Assembly: GCA_040758355.1 (NCBI GenBank) | Contig: JBFLWF010000038.1 | Span: forward strand, 1 to 17,257 | Length of the DNA: 17,257 nucleotides | Reading direction: 5' to 3' | Origin: Nitrospirota bacterium | Lineage (GTDB): Bacteria > Nitrospirota > Thermodesulfovibrionia > Thermodesulfovibrionales > Dissulfurispiraceae | Shown here: positions 1-8,728 of the stretch, piece after piece | How positions within the stretch are numbered: position 1 is the first letter of the stretch | Layout of the letters: each line of letters begins with the position of its first letter | The notes under the pieces: generated by a model | Told to the model about the DNA's origin: nothing | Databases searched by the model: none | What the model saw: only the letters and a program-made list of their open reading frames with translations | Position numbers and translations under genes: made by a program

Positions 1-127
1 ATATCGAAGTGTTCTATAATAGGCAAAGACGGCATTCAGCCTTAGGATACCGTTCACCGGTATCTTTTGAGCTGGAGGCAATGGTAGCCTAACTAAGCCG
101 AGTGTCCAAAAAATCGGGGGAAGACCA
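1..127 (+). mobile_element. IS3-family insertion sequence, right end (partial; runs off the window)
   Basis: A transposase C-terminus is followed by a terminal IR ending ...GTGTCCAAAAAATCGGGGGAAGACCA at 127. Read inward this is TGGTCTTCCCCCGATTTTTTGGACAC, with the 5'-TG terminus and GGACAC block typical of IS3-family ends. The host gene breaks exactly at 127/128. Confidence 0.9.
3..92 (+). CDS. IS3-family transposase OrfB, C-terminal fragment
   Basis: Manual translation gives IEVFYNRQRRHSALGYRSPVSFELEAMVA*, matching the IS3 OrfB tail motif YN-x2-R-x-H-S-x-LGY-x-SP. Confidence 0.9.
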   Translation: MEVFYNRQRRHSALGYRSPVSFELEAMVA

Positions 128-739
128 ATCAGCACTTTTGTCGTTGTCGTGAAGATGTAGCTCAATAATGTATTTCTTGATTTCTTTAAGCCAACTCACC
201 AGTGAAACGTTCGAAAATAGATTGCAGTGCCCTGTGTCGAAGCATACCCCGAAATTATCAGAATTTATCTGTTCCATTAATAACCTTAGATTCGATGGTT
301 CGTCTTCAAATATATTTTCAATGGCTATTTTTACGCCGATATTTTTTGCTCTTTCGTTTAAAGGCCTCCATGTCTGGAGGCTTTTTTCGAGCCAGACCTC
401 CACCTTCAGGGCATATTTCCATTTTTCGTAGCCGGAATGAAAAACTACGGCTTTGGGTTTTAATGCTTCTGCAATATCGAGGATATGATTAAACCTTTCA
501 ATGGTGGCGTTTCTCACCTTTGAATCTATAGCCCCCGGCGAAAGATCCATAAATGGTGCATGGAATGAAAGCAATGGGTTGTAATCGAACATGTTTTTAA
601 GTTTGACAATAGAATCGGCATTAATGCAATCGAGGGAAGTTGAATTGAAATAGATTTCGAGATTCAGTCTGTTTTTCTTGATAAAATTTATGTAGTCCTC
701 TATCTTTTCATAGGGGACATGGATATGGGGAGAGATCAT
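89..739 (-). pseudogene. Sugar phosphate isomerase/epimerase (AP endonuclease 2 TIM barrel) family protein, IS-truncated
   Basis: Motifs HAPF, VFHSG, AIENIFE, CFDTGH and HLHDN. The likely start is ATG 739 (MISPHIH); the 40 upstream codons in the ORF track overlap the FmdB gene. The native frame stops at ...HLHDNDKSAD (128) and the last 12 aa (WSSPDFLDTRLS) are read from the IS end. Confidence 0.85.
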
Positions 740-749
740 GTTTATATGG

Positions 750-1028
750 TTATTTTGCGGCAACTGCTTCTTTCTTTGTCTCTGTCTTTGTTTCTGAAGG
801 TTTCTTTTCCGAGGTGCCTTTTTCAGAATCCATCCCCTTTTTTCTTTCCGATGATGCATAATCTGTCACATACCAGCCGCTCCCTTTTAACACAAAAGAA
901 GTATTTGATATGAGTTTCTTCATCCGGCCGCCGCAATCAGGGCATGTGCTTAACGGCGCATCGCTGAATTTCTGCATTATCTCGTGGTTTTTCCCGCACT
1001 GCAGACATTCGTATTCGTATATAGGCAT
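750..1028 (-). CDS. FmdB-family zinc ribbon protein
   Basis: [12 protein letters not shown]...CPxCGG...[13 protein letters not shown] signature; SD AGGAGG upstream. Confidence 0.92.
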   Translation of the reverse strand: MPIYEYECLQCGKNHEIMQKFSDAPLSTCPDCGGRMKKLISNTSFVLKGSGWYVTDYASSERKKGMDSEKGTSEKKPSETKTETKKEAVAAK

Positions 1029-1063
1029 AGTTGATACCTCCTGAAACTTAAGGTTAATATGTA

Positions 1064-1093
1064 AATATAACCGAGCTTGATTAAACAGGTCAA
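1064..1093 (-). promoter_or_regulatory. Putative sigma70 promoter for the FmdB gene
   Basis: TTGACC-18 bp-TATATT on the minus strand. Confidence 0.45.
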
Positions 1094-1109
1094 GAACTGC
1101 TAATATAAT
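1077..1109 (+). promoter_or_regulatory. Putative sigma70 promoter for rplU-rpmA
   Basis: TTGATT-18 bp-TAATAT with a TG extension; also an overlapping TATAAT at 1104-1109. Confidence 0.5.
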
Positions 1110-1136
1110 CTCTCTAATTAATTCGGAGGTGATATT

Positions 1137-1451
1137 ATGTATGCAATTATACAGACAGGCGGAGAGCAGGTAAGGGTTACTGCCGGCGATAAGGTTTGCG
1201 TTGAAAAAATCAAGGGCGATATTAATTCCGAGGTGATACTGGATAAGGTTTTAATTGTTTCGAAGGATGATAAAATAGTTTGCGGCAAGCCTTATGTTGA
1301 AGGCGCAAGCGTAAAGGCTGAGATCGTAGAGGCAGGCAAGATGCCCAAGGTGCTTGTCTTTGGTCCGAGACCCAAGAAGGCTCACAGGAAATTAAGAGGG
1401 CACAGGCAGCAGTATACAACCTTAAAAATTAAAGAAATAACCATAGCATAG
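1137..1451 (+). CDS. rplU: 50S ribosomal protein L21
   Basis: MYAIIQTGG...[13 protein letters not shown]...GHRQ; adjacent to rpmA; SD GGAGGT. Confidence 0.96.
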   Translation: MYAIIQTGGEQVRVTAGDKVCVEKIKGDINSEVILDKVLIVSKDDKIVCGKPYVEGASVKAEIVEAGKMPKVLVFGPRPKKAHRKLRGHRQQYTTLKIKEITIA

Positions 1452-1464
1452 GCGGAGGATAAAG

Positions 1465-1746
1465 ATGGCACATAAAAAAGGAGTCGGCAGCTCAAGAAAC
1501 GGCCGCGACAGCGAGGCGAAAAGACTCGGTGTAAAGAGGTTTGGCGGACAGGTTGTCCGTGCAGGGAATATACTTGTAAGGCAGCGCGGAACAAGGTTCC
1601 ATGCGGGCAACAATGTCGGCAAAGGTTCTGACGACACGCTTTTTGCATTGATAGACGGTGTTGTCAGGTATGAGAGGAAGGATAAGACGAGGATGAAGAT
1701 CAGCGTATATCCTGTGGAAGTTCAGGCAGCAGCAGTTAATGTGTAA
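1465..1746 (+). CDS. rpmA: 50S ribosomal protein L27
   Basis: [16 protein letters not shown]...RLGVK...[10 protein letters not shown]. Confidence 0.98.
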   Translation: MAHKKGVGSSRNGRDSEAKRLGVKRFGGQVVRAGNILVRQRGTRFHAGNNVGKGSDDTLFALIDGVVRYERKDKTRMKISVYPVEVQAAAVNV

Positions 1747-1771
1747 CTGAAAATAAATAGAGAAAGGGTTT

Positions 1772-1805
1772 AAAGGCGGGTCAAATTGACCTGCCTTTTT
1801 TGTTT
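1772..1805 (+). terminator. Intrinsic terminator after rpmA
   Basis: AAAGGCGGGTCA/TGACCTGCCTTT stem followed by TTTGTTT. Confidence 0.75.
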
Positions 1806-2816
1806 ATGAAGTTTATTGATTACGTAAAGATTCATGTGAAGGCAGGAGATGGCGGAAGGGGCTGTGTAAGCTTCCGCAGGGAGAAGTACGTTCCGAGGGG
1901 AGGGCCTGATGGTGGTGACGGTGGAAAAGGCGGAAATATAATCATAAAGGCGACAAAAGAATTAAACACCCTTCTTGACTTGAGATACCAGCGGGAATAC
2001 AAGGCAGAAAGAGGAGAACACGGAAAGGGAAGCAACAAGCATGGTAAAGATGGAGAAGGAAGGATAATCCCTGTTCCTGTTGGTACGCTTATCAAAAACG
2101 CAGAAACAGAAGAGATTATTGCAGACCTCGATCATCATGATGCAGAGGTTATCGTCGCCAAAGGCGGCAGGGGAGGGCTTGGAAACGCCCACTTTGCGAC
2201 ACCCACACGTCAGGCCCCCAAATTTGCCCAGCCCGGAGAAGAGGGGCAAGAGAGATGGCTTGTTCTTGAATTAAAACTTCTTGCAGATGTTGGTTTGATT
2301 GGACTCCCCAATGCAGGCAAATCAACATTAATCTCTGTTATATCCTCTGCAAAACCGAAGATAGCCGATTATCCCTTTACCACGCTTGTGCCAAATCTGG
2401 GCGTTGTAAAAATGGAAGACTTCAGGAGCTTTGTCGTTGCCGATATCCCCGGTCTTATAGAAGGGGCACACAGGGGCGCCGGTCTTGGATTCCAGTTCCT
2501 TCGCCATGTTGAAAGGACATCCATTCTCCTTCATCTCGTGGATATTTCCGATATACTGACAACCGATCCTGTAGAAGACTTTGAAAAGATAAACATGGAA
2601 TTAGTATTATACAGTCCTGATCTTTTGAATAAGCCCATGGCAGTGGCAGGCACAAAGCTCGACATTGCCCATGATAAGACCAGATTGAATAGATTAAAGG
2701 ATTATTGCAGAGATAAAGGGTTGGACTTTTTCCCCATATCTTCTGCAACAAGCGAAGGGATACAGAAGCTTGTAAAATATCTGTCGAAAAAAGTGGAAGA
2801 GGGCTTGAAGAAGTGA
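1806..2816 (+). CDS. obgE: GTPase ObgE/CgtA
   Basis: Gly-rich Obg domain (FRREKYVPRGGPDGGDGG), G1 GLPNAGKS, DYPFTT and DIPG. ATG 1806 is preferred over TTG 1800. Confidence 0.97.
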   Translation: MKFIDYVKIHVKAGDGGRGCVSFRREKYVPRGGPDGGDGGKGGNIIIKATKELNTLLDLRYQREYKAERGEHGKGSNKHGKDGEGRIIPVPVGTLIKNAETEEIIADLDHHDAEVIVAKGGRGGLGNAHFATPTRQAPKFAQPGEEGQERWLVLELKLLADVGLIGLPNAGKSTLISVISSAKPKIADYPFTTLVPNLGVVKMEDFRSFVVADIPGLIEGAHRGAGLGFQFLRHVERTSILLHLVDISDILTTDPVEDFEKINMELVLYSPDLLNKPMAVAGTKLDIAHDKTRLNRLKDYCRDKGLDFFPISSATSEGIQKLVKYLSKKVEEGLKK

Positions 2817-3913
2817 GCAGGATAGTCATAAAAATCGGCAGCAACATACTCACTGACAAAAAAGGCGGATTGAACCAAAAAAGGATTCATTCCATTGCAA
2901 AGGATATATCCGATATTTGCAAGGCTGGCTATGAAGTTGTGATCGTCTCATCTGGCGCTGTTGCTGCAGGCATGAAAAAGCTCGGACTGAAAGAAAAACC
3001 AAAGGATATACAGCTCAAGCAGGCTGCAGCAGCAGTTGGACAATCTTCCTTAATGTGGGCATACGAGAAGAGCTTTGGCGATTTCGGCAAGAAGGTTGCA
3101 CAGGTGCTTCTCACAAGGGATGACTTCTCTGAAAGGGGCAGGTATCTTAATTCCAAGAACACCCTCATCACGCTCCTTTCTTACGGGATAATACCGATAA
3201 TCAATGAGAACGATACAGTTGCAACAGATGAGATCAAATTCGGAGACAATGACCAGCTTGCTGCCCTTGTTTCCGGGCTGATAGATGCAGAGAGGCTTAT
3301 TGTCCTCTCTGATGTGGAAGGGCTTTATTCATCTGACCCCAATAAAAATCCTTATGCAGAAATAATCCCTTTTGTAAGTGAGATTACACCTGAATTTGAG
3401 TCAATGGCAGGAGGCGCCGGAAGTGCTGTTGGTACAGGCGGCATGTATTCAAAGATACTTGCAGCAAAAAAGGCTGTGTCTTATGGAATAAAGGTTAATA
3501 TCGTAAGCGGCAGAAAGAAAGGGCTTATAGTAGCGATACTGAAAGGTATTCACATTGGCACTGAATTCAAGCCGCAGATAAAGAAGATTTCATCCAAAAA
3601 AGGCTGGATCGCCTATGCCATAAAACCAAAGGGAAGCCTTGTCATCGATGACGGCGCTGTCAATGCCATCCTGAAGGCAGGCAAAAGCCTTCTCCCATCC
3701 GGTATCATAAGAGTTGAAGGGGTGTTCGATACAGGAGATGCTGTTTATTGTGTCGACCTCCGGGGCAATCGCATTGCAAAGGGCATAGTGAATTATTCAT
3801 CCAATGACACAGAAAAAATAAAAGGCAAAAAGACCACCGAAATAGAAACAATCCTCGGCTACAAATATTCCGACGAAGTAGTGCACAGGGACAATCTCGT
3901 AGTTTTAAGCTAA
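2813..3913 (+). CDS. proB: Glutamate 5-kinase with PUA domain
   Basis: IVIKIGS, VSSGAVAAG, INENDTV, FGDND and GTGGM motifs; GTG start coupled to the obgE stop (GTGA). Confidence 0.97.
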   Translation: MSRIVIKIGSNILTDKKGGLNQKRIHSIAKDISDICKAGYEVVIVSSGAVAAGMKKLGLKEKPKDIQLKQAAAAVGQSSLMWAYEKSFGDFGKKVAQVLLTRDDFSERGRYLNSKNTLITLLSYGIIPIINENDTVATDEIKFGDNDQLAALVSGLIDAERLIVLSDVEGLYSSDPNKNPYAEIIPFVSEITPEFESMAGGAGSAVGTGGMYSKILAAKKAVSYGIKVNIVSGRKKGLIVAILKGIHIGTEFKPQIKKISSKKGWIAYAIKPKGSLVIDDGAVNAILKAGKSLLPSGIIRVEGVFDTGDAVYCVDLRGNRIAKGIVNYSSNDTEKIKGKKTTEIETILGYKYSDEVVHRDNLVVLS

Positions 3914-6028
3914 TTTCGAAAAATCTGCAATCTGGAAAGCAAGCTTCTGGATATTTTTGATCAATGAAAGGCGGTTCTGTTTTATTTCTTCATTTTTATC
4001 CATAACAAGCACCTTGTCAAAGAAACTGTTTATGGATTCTTTGAGGCTCGATAAAAGCCTGATCGCATCATAATATTTGTTCTCCTCAAGAAGTGAGTTT
4101 ATCTCAGGAGTTATGGATTCCACCTCTTCGTGAAGATTTTTTTCTTCTTCCTGTACGAACATCTCTGTATTTACAGGAGGCACTTCATTTTTGGGAGAGA
4201 TGTTGTTGACCCTTTTAATAGCGAGGATGAATGACTCATAATCGGGGTCTTCTTTAAATTTCTGTATGGCATCGAGCCTTTCTTTTACAGTGTAAAGCGG
4301 CTTGTCTTTAACAAAGTTCATGACAGCAGATATGGAATCAAGGGGATAGCCGTGTGACTGGAACAGGGGCTCTATTCTCTGCTCAAAGAATTTAATCAGG
4401 TCATTCATGAGGACTTCTTTATTATCAAGCTCAAATGCCTGCAATGACTTATCCATGAGTTCATAAATATTAAGATTGTAACGGTTCTTTATGAGTATGG
4501 AGATTATTCCAAGTGCCTGCCTTCTTAAAGCAAATGGGTCTTCCGTGCCTGTTGGGGTGAGTCCTAACATAAAGAATGAGGCTATATTATCCAGCTTATC
4601 AGACAGGCTCAAGACTGCCCCTATTGGAGTTTCAGGCAGCCTATCGCCTGAAAAGGCCGGGAGATATTGTTCTGACAATGCCTTTGCAATATCTTTATTA
4701 TAGCCGTCATTTAATGCATAATAACCTCCCATTATTCCCTGCAATTCCGGGAATTCTCCCACAACGCCGGAAATAAGGTCTGTCTTTGACAATAGTGCTG
4801 CGGTATGAACATCCTGTTTAAACTGTTCAAATCGTTCAAGCTGTTGGCAGCATTTATCAGCTATGAAATCCGCAATTGAGGCTATTCGGCAGCTTTTATC
4901 ATAAAGATTTCCGAGTTTTTCGTGGTATATGACCTTCTTTAAATCATCGAGCCTGTTTTTTAAAGTAATTTTCCTGTCCTCTTCAAAATAAAAACGTGCA
5001 TCCTCAAAGCGTGCCTTTATGACCTTCTCGGCGCCTTTTTTAATTATCTCTGCATTGTCATTTTTGGTATTGCTCACAATGATGAAATGGTTTGTGAGTT
5101 TGCCCTGAGCATCCTGAAGGGCAAAATATTTCTGGTGACCCTTCATTACTGTTATAAGCAGTTCCTTCGGCAGATATAGATATTCAGAAGGAAAAGTTCC
5201 AAGCACCGGCGCAGGGTATTCCACAAGATGCGTTACATGTTGAAGGAGGTCTTCGTCTTCTATCAAAGAGGCATCCACAGATGATGCAAGTTTTTGTGCG
5301 CCATCCACGATTATTTTCTTTCGTTCATCGGGGTCGAGGATAACGAAATTATTCCTGAGCAGATTGATATATGCCTTGCAATCCTTTATTTCAAAGGCTG
5401 CAGGAGAGAGGAACCTGTGTCCCCTCGTCATGTTGCTGCTTTTCAGGCCGTCTATCTCAAAGGAAATCTTTTTGTTGTCGTATATTGAAAATATCCAGTG
5501 GATCGGCCTGGCAAATCTCAGACTGCCGCTGCCCCACCTCATCGATTTTGGAAAGTTTAGCGATAGGATAAGTTTTGGCAGTATTTCGGGCAGCAAATCT
5601 ATCGTCTGCTGTGCAGCCTCTTTGATTACTGCCACAACATAATCCCCTTTGCCTTTTTCTTTTTTTACTAAATCCTTGACACGCAAACCGTGCGTCTTTG
5701 CAAAAGCCTCTGCTGCCTTTGTTGGCCTGCCGTCCCTGTCGAATGCAGCATTTACAGGAGGTCCCCATACTTCTTTTTCTGCTGCCTCCTGCACCGGATC
5801 TACTTCTGCGATAATGGATAATCTTCTCGGAGTGGCATATGTCTTTATGAACTTATAAGACAGCCTGTATTCAGAAAATATCCTTTCGGCGGTTTCCTTA
5901 AGTTTTATGATGGCATCATGAAGAAACCGTGCCGGAATCTCCTCTGTTCCTATCTCTAATAATAGTAACGGGTGATGGGTAATGGGTGATGGATTATTGT
6001 CAATTGTTTTTTCTATTTTTTTACTCAT
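3905..6028 (-). CDS. glyS: Glycine--tRNA ligase beta subunit
   Basis: LLEIGTEEIP, TPRRL, FPKSMRWG, FARPIHW, EFPELQG and DPFALRR motifs; directly downstream of glyQ. Confidence 0.97.
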   Translation of the reverse strand: MSKKIEKTIDNNPSPITHHPLLLLEIGTEEIPARFLHDAIIKLKETAERIFSEYRLSYKFIKTYATPRRLSIIAEVDPVQEAAEKEVWGPPVNAAFDRDGRPTKAAEAFAKTHGLRVKDLVKKEKGKGDYVVAVIKEAAQQTIDLLPEILPKLILSLNFPKSMRWGSGSLRFARPIHWIFSIYDNKKISFEIDGLKSSNMTRGHRFLSPAAFEIKDCKAYINLLRNNFVILDPDERKKIIVDGAQKLASSVDASLIEDEDLLQHVTHLVEYPAPVLGTFPSEYLYLPKELLITVMKGHQKYFALQDAQGKLTNHFIIVSNTKNDNAEIIKKGAEKVIKARFEDARFYFEEDRKITLKNRLDDLKKVIYHEKLGNLYDKSCRIASIADFIADKCCQQLERFEQFKQDVHTAALLSKTDLISGVVGEFPELQGIMGGYYALNDGYNKDIAKALSEQYLPAFSGDRLPETPIGAVLSLSDKLDNIASFFMLGLTPTGTEDPFALRRQALGIISILIKNRYNLNIYELMDKSLQAFELDNKEVLMNDLIKFFEQRIEPLFQSHGYPLDSISAVMNFVKDKPLYTVKERLDAIQKFKEDPDYESFILAIKRVNNISPKNEVPPVNTEMFVQEEEKNLHEEVESITPEINSLLEENKYYDAIRLLSSLKESINSFFDKVLVMDKNEEIKQNRLSLIKNIQKLAFQIADFSKLA
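4814..4845. repeat. In-frame 9-mer tandem repeat inside glyS (about 3.5 copies)
   Basis: CTGTTTAAA CTGTTCAAA TCGTTCAAG CTGTT; encodes QLERFEQFKQ. Confidence 0.55.
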
Positions 6029-6055
6029 AACTCATCACCGATCGCTCATTACTGT
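5965..6055. repeat. Two oppositely oriented 7-mer tandem arrays at the glyQ/glyS junction
   Basis: GTAACGG GTGATGG GTAATGG GTGATGG (5965-5992) and TTACTCA TAACTCA TCACCGA TCGCTCA TTACTGT (6021-6055) flank a 28-bp AT-rich spacer. Confidence 0.8.
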
Positions 6056-6919
6056 TTTTAAAAGAGGAAACCCCTTGTCTTCCCTTTGTTTTAGAAATGC
6101 CTCTGCACAGAGCTTTGCAAGGGCCCTCACCCGAGCGATGTAACCGGTTCTCTCTGTTACGGAGAGAACGCCACGCGCATCAAGGAGATTGAACGTATGC
6201 GAGCATTTCAGGCAATATTCATATGCCGGAAGCACCAGTCCCAACTCGTTCATGCTTTTCGACTCTTTTTCGTAGGAGTCGAACTGCTTTATGAGTAATT
6301 CCGTATTTGCGTGGTCAAAATTGAATTTTGAAAACTCTATTTCTTCCTGCTTGTGTATTTCGCCATATTTGATCCCTTTGCACCACTCTATATCAAAGAC
6401 ATTGTCGATTTCCTGCAAATACATGGTTATTCTTTCAAGGCCGTAGGTTATTTCTACGGATACGGGCTTCAGGTCTATTCCTCCGACTTGCTGGAAGTAT
6501 GTGAATTGCGTTATTTCCATGCCGTCAAGCCAGACCTCCCATCCGAGCCCCCATGCACCTAATGTTGGAGACTCCCAGTCATCTTCGACGAAACGGATGT
6601 CATGCTTTAAAGGGTCTATGCCGATATGTGAAAGGCTTTCGAGATAGAGTTCCTGACTCTCGAGTGGAGACGGTTTTAGTATGACCTGATACTGGTAATA
6701 ATGCTGAAGCCTGTTCGGATTTTCGCCGTATCTTCCGTCTGTAGGCCTTCTCGATGGCTCTACATAGGCTGTCTTCCAAGGCTCCGGGCCGAGCACCCTG
6801 AAGAATGTGGCAGGGTGGAATGTCCCTGCTCCAACCTCGATATCATAGGGCTGAAGAAGGATGCAGCCCTTCTTAGACCAGAATTCATGCAATTTTAAAA
6901 TCAAATTTTGAAAGTACAT
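6035..6919 (-). CDS. glyQ: Glycine--tRNA ligase alpha subunit
   Basis: [27 protein letters not shown] and [20 protein letters not shown] motifs. Confidence 0.99.
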   Translation of the reverse strand: MYFQNLILKLHEFWSKKGCILLQPYDIEVGAGTFHPATFFRVLGPEPWKTAYVEPSRRPTDGRYGENPNRLQHYYQYQVILKPSPLESQELYLESLSHIGIDPLKHDIRFVEDDWESPTLGAWGLGWEVWLDGMEITQFTYFQQVGGIDLKPVSVEITYGLERITMYLQEIDNVFDIEWCKGIKYGEIHKQEEIEFSKFNFDHANTELLIKQFDSYEKESKSMNELGLVLPAYEYCLKCSHTFNLLDARGVLSVTERTGYIARVRALAKLCAEAFLKQREDKGFPLLKTVMSDR

Positions 6920-6952
6920 ATATCTCTTTTTGGTTCAGAAAAATGAGTAGAA

Positions 6953-6982
6953 ATGTTATATAAAAACCGAATCCTTTGTCAA
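6953..6982 (-). promoter_or_regulatory. Putative sigma70 promoter for glyQS
   Basis: TTGACA (6982-6977)-18 bp-TAACAT (6958-6953). Confidence 0.6.
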
Positions 6983-6999
6983 ATAAAAGGTCATTTTTG

Positions 7000-7029
7000 T
7001 TGACACAACAGTATATGTAAGCATATACT
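7000..7029 (+). promoter_or_regulatory. Putative sigma70 promoter for the DEAD-box helicase
   Basis: TTGACA-18 bp-TATACT. Confidence 0.7.
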
Positions 7030-7053
7030 AAATAGACATAAGTTTCATTTAAT

Positions 7054-7091
7054 CCCTCAGAGGATTTTAGAAACCCTGAGGGTTTTTATTT
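7054..7091 (+). terminator. Terminator-like hairpin in the helicase 5' UTR
   Basis: CCCTCAG...CTGAGGG stem followed by TTTTTATTT, between the promoter and ATG 7120. Confidence 0.6.
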
Positions 7092-7119
7092 GGAACAAAA
7101 TTAAGAGAGGTTAGAAAAA

Positions 7120-8697
7120 ATGAAGTTTGAAGATTTTTCTTTAAGTAAAGAGACATTGAAGTCCATATCAGAGATAGGGTTTGAGGAGCCGACACCGATT
7201 CAGGTCTCCGCGATACCGTTACTATTAGATGGATTGGACGTTGTCGGGCAGGCGCAGACAGGTACAGGCAAAACCGCTGCCTTTGGTATTCCCATAGTCG
7301 AGAAATGCCGGAAGGACAAAAATCCCTTTGCCATCATACTCGAACCCACAAGAGAGCTCGCGGTACAGGTCTCTCAAGAGATCAACAAAATAGGGAAATT
7401 CAGAAAAATAAATGTACTGCCTGTTTATGGAGGGACATCAATTGAACGGCAGATAAAGGCATTACAGCGCGGCGTGGATGTCATTGTGGGAACCCCTGGA
7501 CGTGTTATAGACCATATAAACAGGAACACCCTCTCACTCTCTAATATAAAAATTGTGGTTCTCGACGAAGCCGATGAGATGCTTAATATGGGCTTTATCG
7601 AAGATATCGAGACAATACTGAAGACCACGCCAGCAGAGAGACAGACCCTTTTGTTTTCAGCCACAATGCCCCAGCCCATAATGAGCATTGCGAAAAGATA
7701 TATGAAGAGCCCCGAAAAGGTAAAGGTGAATACAAAAGATGTTGTTGTCTCCAAGATAAAGCAGATATTTTACGAGGTAAGAGAAGAAGACAAAGTAAAT
7801 GCCCTTTCAAGACTCATAGATGTGGAAGACCCGCAGTTAGCCATTGTATTCTGTCATACAAAGCGTGAGGTTGATGAAGTTTCCATGAAGCTTGCACAGA
7901 TGGGATATAATGCAGGCGCCCTTCACGGTGACTATACGCAGGCGAGAAGGGAAGAGGTAATGGGCAAGTTTAAGAACAACATGCTCGATATTCTCGTTGC
8001 AACCGATGTGGCTGCAAGGGGGCTCGATATACAGAATGTAACCCATGTGATCAATTACAACATTCCCCAAAACCCTGAAAGCTATATACACAGGATTGGA
8101 AGGACAGGAAGGGCAGGAAAGTCCGGTATGGCGATTACCCTTGTCACGCCGAGGGAATACAGGCATTTGAGGCTTATAGAGAAGACTGCAAAGACAGTAA
8201 TCGACAGGAAGAGACTGCCTTCGGCAGCAGATGTCATTAAGGCGAGAGAGAAGAACATTGCTAAGGATATAGAAGGGATAATAAAAGGGGATAAACACAC
8301 GGGCTATGTTTCCGCTGTTAAAGAGCTGTCGGAACAATACAGCTTCGGCGACATTGCAGCAGCAGCACTTTATGCTGCTTACGGAGAAGTGAAAGAAACG
8401 CCTGTGGAAGAACGTTACGAAAAGGCCGGAGCCAAAGATGGGCCAAAAGCTGGGATAGTTCGTTTGTTCATGACAATAGGAAGGAAGGACAAGATAAAGG
8501 TGCCCGATATTGTAAAGTCTATTGCCTCGGAGGCGAATATTCCTTACAGCAAGATCGGGAATATCGATGTCCTTGACAAGTTCACTTTTGTTGAAGTCCC
8601 TGAAGACCTTGCAGACAGGGTAATACGCTCTGTGGATGATATGGTGATGAAGGGCAGAAGGGTTAAGGTCCAGAAGGCTAAGGCAAGGACTAATTGA
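7120..8697 (+). CDS. deaD: DEAD-box RNA helicase, DeaD/CsdA-like, with C-terminal DbpA-type RNA-binding domain
   Basis: Q motif GFEEPTPIQ, AQTGTGKT, PTRELA, DEAD, SAT and HRIGRTGRAG; C-terminal RLFMTIGRKD...FTFVEVP. Orthology to deaD specifically is inferred. Confidence 0.88.
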   Translation: MKFEDFSLSKETLKSISEIGFEEPTPIQVSAIPLLLDGLDVVGQAQTGTGKTAAFGIPIVEKCRKDKNPFAIILEPTRELAVQVSQEINKIGKFRKINVLPVYGGTSIERQIKALQRGVDVIVGTPGRVIDHINRNTLSLSNIKIVVLDEADEMLNMGFIEDIETILKTTPAERQTLLFSATMPQPIMSIAKRYMKSPEKVKVNTKDVVVSKIKQIFYEVREEDKVNALSRLIDVEDPQLAIVFCHTKREVDEVSMKLAQMGYNAGALHGDYTQARREEVMGKFKNNMLDILVATDVAARGLDIQNVTHVINYNIPQNPESYIHRIGRTGRAGKSGMAITLVTPREYRHLRLIEKTAKTVIDRKRLPSAADVIKAREKNIAKDIEGIIKGDKHTGYVSAVKELSEQYSFGDIAAAALYAAYGEVKETPVEERYEKAGAKDGPKAGIVRLFMTIGRKDKIKVPDIVKSIASEANIPYSKIGNIDVLDKFTFVEVPEDLADRVIRSVDDMVMKGRRVKVQKAKARTN

Positions 8698-8723
8698 CAA
8701 TTTAAAAATTGTTTATTTATAGT
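8694..8723 (+). promoter_or_regulatory. Putative sigma70 promoter of the thi operon
   Basis: TTGACA (overlapping the helicase stop)-18 bp-TATAGT; the predicted start (about 8730) coincides with the 5' end of the riboswitch. Confidence 0.7.
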
Positions 8724-8728
8724 TAAAC

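Noticed and set aside
765..810. Repeat-like DNA in the FmdB tail (SETKTETKK)
   Set aside because: An ordinary low-complexity Lys/Glu/Thr tail typical of this family.
740..859. Basic N-terminal extension of the TIM-barrel ORF
   Set aside because: It is an alternative frame of the FmdB gene's 3' end; ATG 739 fits the operon spacing.
3905..3913. Convergent proB/glyS overlap
   Set aside because: A 9-bp tail-to-tail overlap is common in compact genomes.
6920..7000. T-box riboswitch upstream of glyQS
   Set aside because: The predicted leader is only about 30 nt and has no T-box motif or stem I.
7837..8700. 287-aa antisense ORF
   Set aside because: It lies entirely opposite the conserved helicase and has no recognisable motifs; a shadow ORF. 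The same applies to the other antisense and overlapping ORFs in the track (for example 13308-13838, 14984-15595, 2455-2859).
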